Below, piece by piece: positions 1 to 9,434 of a stretch of DNA of 64,000 nt. The DNA is from an uncultured delta proteobacterium (GTDB lineage: Bacteria > Desulfobacterota > Syntrophorhabdia > Syntrophorhabdales > WCHB1-27). The position numbers and the translations under genes were made by a program. The notes under the pieces were generated by a model that was given only the letters and a program-made list of their open reading frames with translations, was not told where the DNA came from and did no database searches. The stretch is taken from assembly GCA_963810935.1 (NCBI GenBank), contig CAWEPK010000008.1:480001-544000 (forward strand), read 5' to 3'. The first letter of the stretch is position 1; every line of letters starts with the position of its first letter.

Positions 1-1279
1 GGAGAGACGTGTTCAGCTTGTCCTCGTCACCCTTCGACTTCGGATAGAGCGAGAACGAGATGGCCGGCGACGGCAGAGCGACTTCAGGATATGCAATCTG
101 CGATTTCTCGTCGCAAAGCGTATCGCCCGTAGCCGCTTCCTTCAGCTTTGCTACGGCCGCGATGTCGCCGACGGAGACAAAACCGGCGGGCTTCTGCTTC
201 TTGCCCACCAGGTAGAATATCTGTCCTATCCTCTCCTTTTCATCTTTCTTGACGTTCAGGACTACACTGTCCGGGTGCAGCTCGCCGGAATAGACTTTGA
301 AGAGCGTCAGTTTTCCCGCGAACGGGTCGGTGATCGTCTTGAAGACGAAAGCGCTGAACGGCTCGTTGACGGCCATCTTCCTTTCGACCGGCTTGCCCGT
401 CCTCGGGTCTGTGCCCTCTACTTTGCCGACGTACAGCGGATCGGGGAAATAGCGCACCAGGTTGTCGAACAAAGGCTGAATGCCTATAACCTTTGCGGCA
501 GCGCCTACCATTACGGGCGCGAGCCTGCGGCCCCAGATGCCGTCTTTCAGGCACGTCTCGATCTCTTCGTCCTTGATCGGGTCCCCGTTGAGGTAACGTT
601 CCATCACCTCATCGTTCATCTCGACGGCCGACTCTATCAGCTTCTCCCTGTAACCGGCCGCCTCGTCCGCGAGGTCCGCGGGGATATCGACGGTTTCGAA
701 GGAGCCCGACTGGTCCTCTTTGTAAAGATATGCCTTCATCGATATAAGGTCGATAACGCCCTTGAAGCTCTCTTCGCTGCCTATAGGCAACTGGATGACC
801 ACTATGTTCTTATCGGTGAAATTCTTCCTCAGGTCTTCGACGGTCTTCGCGAAATCGGCCCGCTCCCTGTCCATCTTGTTGATGAAAAAGCAGACCGGAA
901 CGGAAAACTCATTGGCGTAGTCCCACACTTTTTCCGTACCGACCCTTACCCCGGAAACCGCGCTGACCAGGATAACCGCCCCGTCTACGACCCTGATGCA
1001 AAGCTTGGCGTCGTATATGAAGTTGTCGTCACCCGGAGTATCGAGGAGGTTGATTTTGTACTTGTTCCACTCAAAGCAGGCAAGCGTGGATGATATGGTC
1101 GCCTTCCGATCTATTTCCTCGGGCTCGTAGTCCATGAGCGACGTGCCGTCGTCAACCCTGCCCAGCCTGGTGTTCTCGCCGGCCAGGAAAAGCATGGCAT
1201 CGACGATGCTCGTCTTGCCCTCGCCCCCGTGTGAAAACAGGCCGAGATTTCTTATGGTTTCCGTTTCGTACTTCTTCAT
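1..1279 (-). CDS. fusA: Elongation factor G paralog (EF-G2 type), 3' end runs off the window
   Basis: Manual translation from ATG at 1279: MKKYETETIRNLGLFSHGGEGKTS...INLLDTPGDDNF...FFINKMDRERADF (G1, G3 and G4 GTPase motifs). AAGGAG RBS upstream. Missing from the ORF track because there is no stop in the window. Confidence 0.93.
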   Translation of the reverse strand, partial: MKKYETETIRNLGLFSHGGEGKTSIVDAMLFLAGENTRLGRVDDGTSLMDYEPEEIDRKATISSTLACFEWNKYKINLLDTPGDDNFIYDAKLCIRVVDGAVILVSAVSGVRVGTEKVWDYANEFSVPVCFFINKMDRERADFAKTVEDLRKNFTDKNIVVIQLPIGSEESFKGVIDLISMKAYLYKEDQSGSFETVDIPADLADEAAGYREKLIESAVEMNDEVMERYLNGDPIKDEEIETCLKDGIWGRRLAPVMVGAAAKVIGIQPLFDNLVRYFPDPLYVGKVEGTDPRTGKPVERKMAVNEPFSAFVFKTITDPFAGKLTLFKVYSGELHPDSVVLNVKKDEKERIGQIFYLVGKKQKPAGFVSVGDIAAVAKLKEAATGDTLCDEKSQIAYPEVALPSPAISFSLYPKSKGDEDKLNTSL

Positions 1280-1494
1280 GCAGGCTCCTTTGCGTTCTGC
1301 TCGCCGGCTCTTGCCTTTATCGGTCAGCCGCTATAAAAGGTGGTTTGGAACGGAATGAATGAAAAATAATAACCATGCCCGTAGAAAAAATCAACAATTA
1401 TGATTAACTGCTGAGGACCGGCTGCTTTTTCAGCAACACCTGCACGACCCCGAAGCCGCTGGAATTTTTCTTTACTTTACGGTAGCGTTATGAC

Positions 1495-1518
1495 TATTAT
1501 GTCATTATAGACATAATA
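1495..1518. promoter_or_regulatory. Palindromic operator candidate upstream of fdh
   Basis: Perfect 9-bp inverted repeat TATTATGTC-N6-GACATAATA in the AT-rich divergent fusA/fdh intergenic region. Confidence 0.5.
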
Positions 1519-1642
1519 AATTGTCTGACCGGCCCTCGGACGGCCGCTTTCGGCGAGGGGGGCATTCGCGGGGAAGCCGTGGGAGGCCGGTTCAAGAGGT
1601 TACTTCACCGTGCGGCCGGCATATCATGCGAGGAGGCTAAGC

Positions 1643-4342
1643 ATGAGCGAGGTATCACTCTTTATTGACGACCGTCAAGTATCCATAACCCAGGGAGCAA
1701 CCGTACTGGAGGCCGCAAAGCGAGCGGGGGTCCACATCCCGACGCTTTGCGATTATAAGGCCCTCACCCCAGTCAGCGCGTGCCGGGTCTGTCTCGTCGA
1801 GGTGGAGGGAGCGAAGGCCCTTGTGGCCGCCTGCTCCTACCCGGTGTCGGCCGGCATGAAGGTCAAGACCGACACAGCGAGGGTACGGGCTGCCCGCCGC
1901 CTTGTCGTCGATCTGCTCCTCTCGGACCATCCACTCGACTGCATGACCTGCGACAAATCGGGAGAGTGCGAGCTGCAGGAGCTCGCCTATAAACTGGGCA
2001 TCAAGTCCTCCCGCTTCGAGGGTGAGCAACACCATTACCCGGTCGATCTTAGCAACCCTTTCATAACGCGGGACTACAAAAAGTGCGTCCTTTGCGGCAG
2101 GTGCGTACGCGCCTGCGAAGAAGTCCAGGGCGTGGGGGCAATCGATTTCATAGATCGGGGCTTCAAGGCAAAAGTGGCGGTCCCCTTCGACAGGGGGCTC
2201 AAGGAGAGTGACTGCCTTTTCTGCGGCCAGTGCGTCCAGTCGTGTCCGACCGGCGCCCTGACGGAGACGAAGGCCACGGGCCTGGCGCGGACATGGGAAA
2301 CGACGAAAATCCGCACCACCTGCCCCTATTGCGGCGTTGGTTGCCAGCTCTGGCTGCACACAAAGGACGGCCGGATAACAAAGGTGACCGGAGTGGCGGA
2401 CGGCTCGCCCAACAAGGGCCGCCTCTGCGTCAAAGGCAGGTTCGGCTACGACTTCATCTACTCGAACGAAAGGCTAACAACCCCGCTCATCAGGAAGGAA
2501 GACGGCACGTTCCGGGAGGCCTCCTGGGACGAAGCGCTCGACCTCGTCGCGTCGAAGATCAAAGAGACTGTCGCCAAATATGGGCCGGACGCCTGCGGGG
2601 GCGTAAGCTGCGCCCGAAGTATCAACGAAGATTCGTACCAGATGCAAAAGCTCTTCCGCGCAGCGATCGGCACCAATAACGTCGATCACTGCGCACGTAC
2701 CTGACACGCCCCGACAGTCGCCGGTCTGGCGACAAGCTTCGGCTCCGGGGCCATGACGAACTCTTTCGGTGAGTTTGCCGATGCGAAAATGTTCTTCGTT
2801 ATCGGCTCGAACATGACGGAGGCCCACCCGGTAGCTGCGACCTTCGTCAAGAACGCGGTAAGGAAAGGCGCGGAGCTTTACGTGGCGGACCCGCGCCGCA
2901 CGGCCCTGGCTGAGAAGGCCAAGGTCCACCTCCAGTTGAAGGTAGGCAGCGACATAGCCCTGCTTAACGGGCTTATGCACGTGCTCATCACCGAGGACCT
3001 TTACGACAAAGAGTACGTGGCCGGCTGCACGACGAACTTCGATGAGCTGAAGAAGGCGGTCATGAAATATACGCCGGAGGCGGCAGCGGAGATATGCGGC
3101 GTAGACGCCGGGACGATCCGGCAGACGGCCAGGCGGCTGGCCTCCGTCAAGCCCCTCATGCTCATTTACACGCTGGGCATCACCGAGCATACCAGCGGCG
3201 TCAATAATGTAATGAGCTGCGCCAACCTCCAGATGCTCCTCGGAAACGTCGGCTTCGAGTGCGGCGGCGTCAACCCCCTGCGGGGGCAGAACAACGTCCA
3301 GGGGGCCTGCGACATGGGCGCCCTGCCGAACGTCTTTCCGGGCTACCAGCCCGTCACCGACCCGAAGGCGCGGGCCAAGTTCGAAGCGGCCTGGGGCGTA
3401 GGGAAACTGCCCGACAAGGTCGGCAAGATGATGCCGACGATGATGAGCGGGCTGCTCGACGGCTCCATCCGGTTCTTTTACGTCTTCGGGGAGAATTTGG
3501 CGAACACGGAGCCGGACATCCATCATGTGGAGAAATGCCTTGCTTCGGCCGAGTTCCTTGTCTGCCAGGATATATTCCCGACGGAGACGACCCGCTTTGC
3601 CCACGTAATCCTGCCCGCAGCGGCATGGAGCGAAAACGACGGGACGTTCACCAACAGCGAGCGGCGCGTCAGCAGGGTGCGGACTGCGAGCGCCCCGCCC
3701 GGCGCGGCCAAGCCAAACTGGTGGATATTCAGGGAGATCGCGCGGCGGCTCGGACAACCATGGGCATCCGACAGCGCGCAGGAATTATGGGACAACGAGA
3801 TATCCGCCCTCGCCCCGAATTTCGGGGGCATCAAATATGCCCGCATCGAAGATGACGGCCTCCAGTGGCCCTGCCCCGATGTAAATCATAACGGCACGCC
3901 TGTGCTTCACCTGCAAGGGAAATTCACGCGCGGCCAGGGGCAGTTCATGCCGGTCGAGTGGACGCCGCCCGCCGAGGTCGCAGACGAGGAGTACCCCATG
4001 GTGCTCTCCACCGGACGCCGCCTCTATCACTACCATACGCGGACGCAGACGGGCCGGTCCGCGGGCCTGAACGAGATGCTCGGAGAGGAGACAGCCGACA
4101 TCTCGCCCGCTGACGCAGACGTGCTGGGCATCGCCCAGGGAGAGACGATCGTCGTCAAGTCCCGCAGGGGACAGGTGAAGGTAAAGGCGAAGGTGACGGG
4201 CGAGGTGCCGAGGGGCATGGTCTGGATGGCATTCCATTTCAGGGAGGCGTGCGCGAACTGGCTGACCAACCAGGCCTTCGACCCCATTAGCCAGACCGCC
4301 GAATACAAGGCGTGCGCCGTGAGGATCGAAAGGCTGCCGTAA
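1643..4342 (+). CDS. fdhF: Formate dehydrogenase alpha subunit, selenocysteine-containing, with N-terminal 2Fe-2S/4Fe-4S (NuoG-like) domain
   Basis: ORFs 1610..2704 and 2753..4342 are in frame across TGA 2702-2704, giving [27 protein letters not shown]. Also CPYCGVGC and RGQNNVQG motifs, and an AGGAGG RBS before ATG 1643. Confidence 0.95.
2705..2735 (+). promoter_or_regulatory. Bacterial SECIS element
   Basis: Hairpin GTCGCC-GGTCT-GGCGAC (2717-2733) starts 12 nt after the in-frame UGA. The apical GGTCT matches the E. coli fdhF-type SECIS. Confidence 0.85.
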
Positions 4343-4376
4343 GCTGCCGGGGCAGCCAAAGGAATATGTTTTTTCC

Positions 4377-5216
4377 GTGAAGAACGCCTCCACTCAAAAA
4401 GACTACCTCAGCGTAGAGGCCGCCTCCTTTTCGAAGGACAGGACGTGCATCGAAGAGGACGTCCTCGTCATTGTCGAAGAACCCCTGGAGATACGCATTA
4501 ACGGCACGGCTTACGCGGTGCTCATGCGCACGCCCGGCAGCGAGATCGAGCTTGCCGTCGGGTTTTGCCTCACCGAGGGCATAGTCGATTCGTTTGAAGA
4601 GATCGAAAGCGTCGGGTTTTGCCCCGATGCGGCGGCAGGCGCGGAGAACATTGTAAGCGTGCAGGTAAAAACAGCCGTGCGCCGGGACGGAAGGCCCGAC
4701 CTCCCCTCCCGCGCACGCGTGGCGAATACGAGCTGCGGGGTCTGCGGCGTGCGCACCATCGACGATCTGGAAATGCAGCTTACCAGACTTCCCGCGGGGT
4801 GCACCGTGCCCGCCCAAACGATCGTCGAGCTCCAGTACCTCATGTCCGACCGCCAGACCCTCTCCCGGCTCACCACCGGGACCCACGCCGTTGCCCTGTC
4901 CGGCATCGACGGCGGCCTTCATGTCGTAAGGGAAGACGTGGGGCGGCACAACGCATTCGACAAGGTGATCGGATACGCCATGCAAAGCGGCATAGACTTA
5001 AGCGCCTGCGTAACCCTCCTTAGCGGCCGCATCAGCTTCGAGATGGTGCAAAAGGCGATACGGGCCCGTATCCCCGTGGTCGCAGCGATTTCTGCGGCCA
5101 CCTCCCTTGCCGTCAGCCTGGCGAAGCGGTTCGACTGCACACTGGTCGGGCGCTTGCGCGACCGGAGCATGACCGTTTACACGTGCCCGGAAAGGATAGC
5201 CCCCTCCTGCAAATAA
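4377..5216 (+). CDS. fdhD: Formate dehydrogenase accessory sulfurtransferase FdhD
   Basis: EEPLEI, MRTPG, SCGVCG, EDVGRHNAFDKVIG and SGRISFEMVQKA motifs; directly downstream of fdh. Confidence 0.95.
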   Translation: MKNASTQKDYLSVEAASFSKDRTCIEEDVLVIVEEPLEIRINGTAYAVLMRTPGSEIELAVGFCLTEGIVDSFEEIESVGFCPDAAAGAENIVSVQVKTAVRRDGRPDLPSRARVANTSCGVCGVRTIDDLEMQLTRLPAGCTVPAQTIVELQYLMSDRQTLSRLTTGTHAVALSGIDGGLHVVREDVGRHNAFDKVIGYAMQSGIDLSACVTLLSGRISFEMVQKAIRARIPVVAAISAATSLAVSLAKRFDCTLVGRLRDRSMTVYTCPERIAPSCK

Positions 5217-5299
5217 ACCGTGCGATCGGCCCTGCCACAGCACCGAAGACAGCGCAGCTTGTCTATGCCCGCCCACTGTGCTATCATACAAGACATCAT

Positions 5300-5393
5300 G
5301 GAGAGATGTCCGAGCGGCTGAAGGAGCACGACTGGAAATCGTGTGTGCTGGCTAAAACTGGCACCGAGGGTTCAAATCCCTCTCTCTCCGCCA
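5300..5393 (+). tRNA. tRNA-Ser (anticodon GGA)
   Basis: GGAGAGA acceptor stem, anticodon arm CACGA-CTGGAAA-TCGTG, long variable arm, GGTTCAAATCC T-arm, encoded CCA. Confidence 0.97.
5371..5393 (+). repeat. Left copy of direct repeat (tRNA-Ser 3' end, putative att site)
   Basis: TTCAAATCCCTCTCTCTCCGCCA matches 63640-63662 at 20/23 positions. Confidence 0.65.
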
Positions 5394-5598
5394 GCTTCTC
5401 CCCCTTGCTCCACCCATTGTTCTGCCTTTTTTAGCCTTCTTTCGAATGCCCCTTACCTCACAACGCGCAAGACACCCTAAGGTAGATCCACTATCCCCTG
5501 CATAAGGCAAAGGCCATTTTAAGTAATTCGCCGCTCTTGACGATAAAAAGTATAGGAGAGTTTACGATCTGAACCTATGACCGAATGGGGAGGTACGA

Positions 5599-6312
5599 AT
5601 GGCCACTGAAAGCGCACGTCAAGAGGATGCCCAACCGGTAAATCTGAACGAATCCGAACATGCACCACTATTCTTCCCTCCGGGCCTGCCGCTTCAGGTG
5701 GAGGTAGAAGGCGTCTCCTTCAGGATGAGCAGCATCGCTGTCGGCATGATCGCCGAGAGGTTCCTTGTAATAAAGTATCCGAACACGGGGATCTACGGGT
5801 CGATTGACAGCAAGATGTTCAAGGGGAACAAGATTGTTGTCCGATACGTCAATCGCGGAGACGTTTTCGGCTTCCAGTCGGAGCTGATCGAGATGATAAC
5901 CAGCCCCCTCAAGCTCCTGTTCATCGCCTGTCCCTCACTGATTGTCCGCAAAAACCTGCGGTCTAACCGACGCGTGGAATGTTCCCTTCCTGCCCGCCTG
6001 AAGCCCCCCACGAAGGATGAAAATATGGTTTTTGAAGACGGCCTGATCACAGATATAAGCATGGCGGGATGCCGGTTCACGATGATGAAAGCAGCGGAGC
6101 AGGCACGTCACGAGATGAACGGCACTGTCATGCTCCACATAGAGATACCGGGTGTCGAGGGCGGAATCGAGCTGTCGGGAAGTGTAAAGAACGTGCAGCG
6201 CGACTCGCAAAGGGTGAGCATGGGCGTTCAGTTCGCTGAAATCGACGAGCAGAAAAAGGAAAAGTTCCTGGAATTCATCGCCACCCTGGAAAAGTTCGCC
6301 TGGGACAAATAG
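5599..6312 (+). CDS. Flagellar-brake (YcgR-like) PilZ domain c-di-GMP binding protein
   Basis: RSNRR (RxxxR) and DISMAG (DxSxxG) PilZ motifs plus an N-terminal PilZN-like domain; GGAGG RBS. Confidence 0.85.
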   Translation: MATESARQEDAQPVNLNESEHAPLFFPPGLPLQVEVEGVSFRMSSIAVGMIAERFLVIKYPNTGIYGSIDSKMFKGNKIVVRYVNRGDVFGFQSELIEMITSPLKLLFIACPSLIVRKNLRSNRRVECSLPARLKPPTKDENMVFEDGLITDISMAGCRFTMMKAAEQARHEMNGTVMLHIEIPGVEGGIELSGSVKNVQRDSQRVSMGVQFAEIDEQKKEKFLEFIATLEKFAWDK

Positions 6313-6456
6313 AGCACCAGGCCCCGCTACGCGCCCTGATGCACATCGTCTACCTGTTCGATCTGATTTTAGAAGGGATTATTCTTGCGCGATATTACTG
6401 CCGGCGAAGGGCTTGCGGATGCATCGCGTCGCCCCTCGCCCGTAAGTCTCGATATG

Positions 6457-6981
6457 TCAATGATGTGCGGTGGTTGTCGTTGACGATCCCTTGCCGCCGC
6501 TGGCGGCGATAATGGCTGCGGCTGCGGCTGCGGCAATCACTGCGCCGGCTGCTATTGTCCCTGCCCCTATACCGGCTGACACCTGTCCGCCGGCCACCAA
6601 ACCGGCCGTGTGGGCCGCCTCGGAGGCGGACTTGGCAGCGGCAGCGGCTTTGGCAGCGGCCGCTTTATCGGCTTCAGTTCCGGTGAGGGCGGCCTTTTGG
6701 GCGGCGAAGTCGGCCGCTTTATTGGCCTCTGAGGCGGCAATCCTGGCCTGTTCGGCAGCGATTTGTTTCTCCGCGGCTGCGGCAACCGTATCGCCTTTCG
6801 CCTCTGCTGCTGCAGCGGCTTTTTCTGCGGCTGCGGCCTTCTCCTCTGCTGCGGCTGCGGCCTTCTCTGCGGTTGCGGCTTCCCGGCCTAATTCCTCGGC
6901 CGTCTGTGCAAACACCTGGACGGGAGCCATAAACCCGATACATAAAACGAGGAAGCAACAAAGTACCAATTTGCCACTCAT
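6457..6981 (-). CDS. Secreted or membrane-anchored Ala-rich protein, GfcA/YjbE-like architecture
   Basis: GGGGAGG RBS before ATG 6981. Signal peptide, EKAAAAA repeats, hydrophobic C-terminal segment, then GGKGSSTTTTAHH tail. Confidence 0.7.
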   Translation of the reverse strand: MSGKLVLCCFLVLCIGFMAPVQVFAQTAEELGREAATAEKAAAAAEEKAAAAEKAAAAAEAKGDTVAAAAEKQIAAEQARIAASEANKAADFAAQKAALTGTEADKAAAAKAAAAAKSASEAAHTAGLVAGGQVSAGIGAGTIAAGAVIAAAAAAAIIAASGGKGSSTTTTAHH

Positions 6982-7312
6982 AATAGAACCTCCCCTACCA
7001 TACGTATTGTTCAAACCAAATGTTAAGAAAGCGTTAAACATCTTTACAATAGTCAGCCGCCTTTGTCAAGCCATTTTTTCTTTTCCGGACGGTTCAATCG
7101 TCCACTCCGCCGGTTGCAGCGGTGTGCAGGGCCGCTTTAATGCATCTCCGGCTTTGCGCTGTGATTCAGCCGCTCCTTCTTTCTCTGCGCCCCCAATCAA
7201 ACCATAGCCTTACGGACGAAAGGCGTCTTGACAGGCCGTCATAGCGTTCACAGATTGTTACAGATCGAGGATGAGAAGGGACCGGCACGAATACTAACAA
7301 CATCGAGGCTCC

Positions 7313-8020
7313 ATGCGCGCCTGGGCCTGCCTTCTTTGTCTGTCGATTATCACCTGTTCCGCCTGCTCCGGCGCACCGGCCGTCAAGGCCCCTCCTTCGG
7401 CGCACGCCCCCTCGTCAGCACTATATCCGGTACGGGAAGTCAGGATCGTCGTCCTGGCCTCCGACGCAGACGACTTCGCGGCTGCGGAAAGCCTGGTCCG
7501 CGAAGGCTCGGAAGCCTTGTCCGCCCAGGTCGGCATAAGCCTCAAGATCGTCGGCCGAAGGCAGATCGACTGGCAATCGGACAACAGGTCGGGCGTCCTG
7601 CGCGAGGTCCTTGAGCGGATGAGCCTCTACGAGCAGCCCTACGACATGGCCGTCGCGGTCCGCGGGTTCAGCCTCACGGGGTTCATAGGATACGTGCTTT
7701 ACGGCGGATGGGAGGCCGTCATCGACGACACCTACCGGCGGTACGTCGTCATAAGGAGGATGACCGTTCAGGTGCTGCTCCACGAGATATGCCACGCCTT
7801 CCTCCTCTCCGAGAACCACACATGGGGCATCAGGCACCTGATGACGCCCATTACCTTCTATGTCCTTCCCGGCATAATGCCCCTCAACCGCTCCACTCAT
7901 CTCAACAAGAAGGACAGGGAAGAGATCATCAGGAACAAATGGAGGGACTTCTCGGGGACGTTGAACCTCCCCCGGTCGCAGGTCTCCGACCCCCTCGACC
8001 CGGTCCGCCAGGTCCGATAG
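7313..8020 (+). CDS. Exported (possibly lipoprotein) zinc metallopeptidase, metzincin-like
   Basis: Signal peptide with Cys, HEICHAFLLSENH zinc motif, downstream Met-turn-like HLMTP. Confidence 0.7.
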   Translation: MRAWACLLCLSIITCSACSGAPAVKAPPSAHAPSSALYPVREVRIVVLASDADDFAAAESLVREGSEALSAQVGISLKIVGRRQIDWQSDNRSGVLREVLERMSLYEQPYDMAVAVRGFSLTGFIGYVLYGGWEAVIDDTYRRYVVIRRMTVQVLLHEICHAFLLSENHTWGIRHLMTPITFYVLPGIMPLNRSTHLNKKDREEIIRNKWRDFSGTLNLPRSQVSDPLDPVRQVR

Positions 8021-8222
8021 GACAGGCGGCACCGACCTTCGCCAACCTTTTCCTCCCCCGATCCAGCTAAGCGACCGCGATCGTCTAATCTATTAAAGTT
8101 TTCTTCACTTTTCTATTGCAATGAAGCAACAAATTGAAGTAACGTCTTCCGTACCGGACCAAAACAGTAAGCGGTTTGTAGTAATGCTTTGTGATTATGA
8201 ATAGCACCAACACCAATCAGGC

Positions 8223-8234
8223 GGCGGTAGCTTG
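8223..8234 (+). promoter_or_regulatory. ops (RfaH/NusG-paralog recruitment) element
   Basis: GGCGGTAGCTTG is an exact match to GGCGGTAGnnTG, in the leader of a long polysaccharide operon. Confidence 0.65.
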
Positions 8235-8419
8235 CCTTTTTGTCGTTAAAGCGCTTGCCGGGCGTTTTTTCATATACGATTTAAAACAAGGGGCACCACC
8301 GATGTTATACGGAAACAGCCGGCAAGCCGCGATGTAGCAGCTTAGGAACACTGATGTTTGACACTTAACGCTGGGAACAATCGTCCAGCACAATTTACAT
8401 CTTTAAATGCGGAGGACAA

Positions 8420-9388
8420 ATGAATAAAAGTGCTTTAGTGTGCGGCGCAGGTGGATTCATCGGGAGCCACCTTGTCACCAGACTTCGAAAAGAGGGCTAC
8501 TGGGTCCGTGGTGTTGACTTGAAATACCCCGAATTCACAGAAACCGATGCGGATGACTTCGTTATAGGAGACTTAAGAGACCAAGCCCTATGTAGACACG
8601 TCACAGACCGGCGATTTGACGAGGTCTATCAGTTAGCCGCTGACATGGGGGGGGCCGGATACATATTTACGGGCGAGCACGACGCCGATGTCATGCACAA
8701 TTCCGGGACGATCAATCTCAATATGCTCGATGCGTGTCATAAGCGCAACATAAGAAAAATATTTTATTCGTCCTCGGCATGTATTTACCCGCAGTATAAC
8801 CAAATGGACCCGGACAACCCAAAGTGCTCGGAAGACTCCGCCTACCCCGCTGCCCCGGATAGCGAGTACGGATGGGAGAAACTTTTCAGCGAGAGACTTT
8901 ATCTCTCTTACCAGAGAAATCATGGGATGGAGGTCCACATATCACGGTTTCATAACATCTTCGGCCCGGAAGGCACGTGGGACGGTGGAAAAGAAAAAGC
9001 GCCGGCGGCCTTGTGCAGAAAAGTTGCAATGGCGAAAGACGGCGGAGAAATAGAAATTTGGGGGGATGGTAAACAGACGCGATCCTTCCTTTACATCGAC
9101 GAATGTCTGGAAGGTGTGAGACGGTTGATGAGTTCGAACTTTTCCGGACCCTTCAACATCGGGTCGGAGGAAATGGTAACGATTAACCAACTGGCCGAAA
9201 TGAGTATGGGTATTGCGGGAAAGCGCCTGTCAATAAAGCACATACCTGGTCCTCTCGGTGTAAGGGGCAGAAATTCGGATAATCGCCTCATTCGAGAAAA
9301 ACTTGGTTGGGAGCCAACCATGAAACTGACGGAAGGGCTTTCTACCACTTATAAGTGGATAGCCGAACAGGTAAATAAACTTGCATAA
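8420..9388 (+). CDS. NAD-dependent epimerase, GDP-mannose 3,5-epimerase-like
   Basis: GAGGFIG, LAADMGGAGY, YSSSACIYP, YGWEKLFSE, EKAPAALCRK and GVRGRNSDN motifs typical of GME. Confidence 0.85.
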   Translation: MNKSALVCGAGGFIGSHLVTRLRKEGYWVRGVDLKYPEFTETDADDFVIGDLRDQALCRHVTDRRFDEVYQLAADMGGAGYIFTGEHDADVMHNSGTINLNMLDACHKRNIRKIFYSSSACIYPQYNQMDPDNPKCSEDSAYPAAPDSEYGWEKLFSERLYLSYQRNHGMEVHISRFHNIFGPEGTWDGGKEKAPAALCRKVAMAKDGGEIEIWGDGKQTRSFLYIDECLEGVRRLMSSNFSGPFNIGSEEMVTINQLAEMSMGIAGKRLSIKHIPGPLGVRGRNSDNRLIREKLGWEPTMKLTEGLSTTYKWIAEQVNKLA

Positions 9389-9434
9389 GCCCTGAAAAGC
9401 TCGACGAGCCTTGGGCTATCGAACGGAACGGATC

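Noticed and set aside
275..1093. Long plus-strand ORF, and similar long antisense ORFs such as 2474-3757, 6470-7207, 21934-23385, 46313-47599 and 59283-60845
   Set aside because: They are shadow frames of well-supported genes on the opposite strand in GC-rich DNA and carry no recognisable motifs.
2702..2704. TGA as a nonsense mutation splitting fdh
   Set aside because: It sits at the Sec/Cys ligand position, the frame continues, and a SECIS hairpin follows.
6500..6900. GCN-rich repeats as a CRISPR array or DNA repeat element
   Set aside because: They are Ala codon runs within a coding region, with no constant repeat-spacer structure. No cas genes occur in the window.
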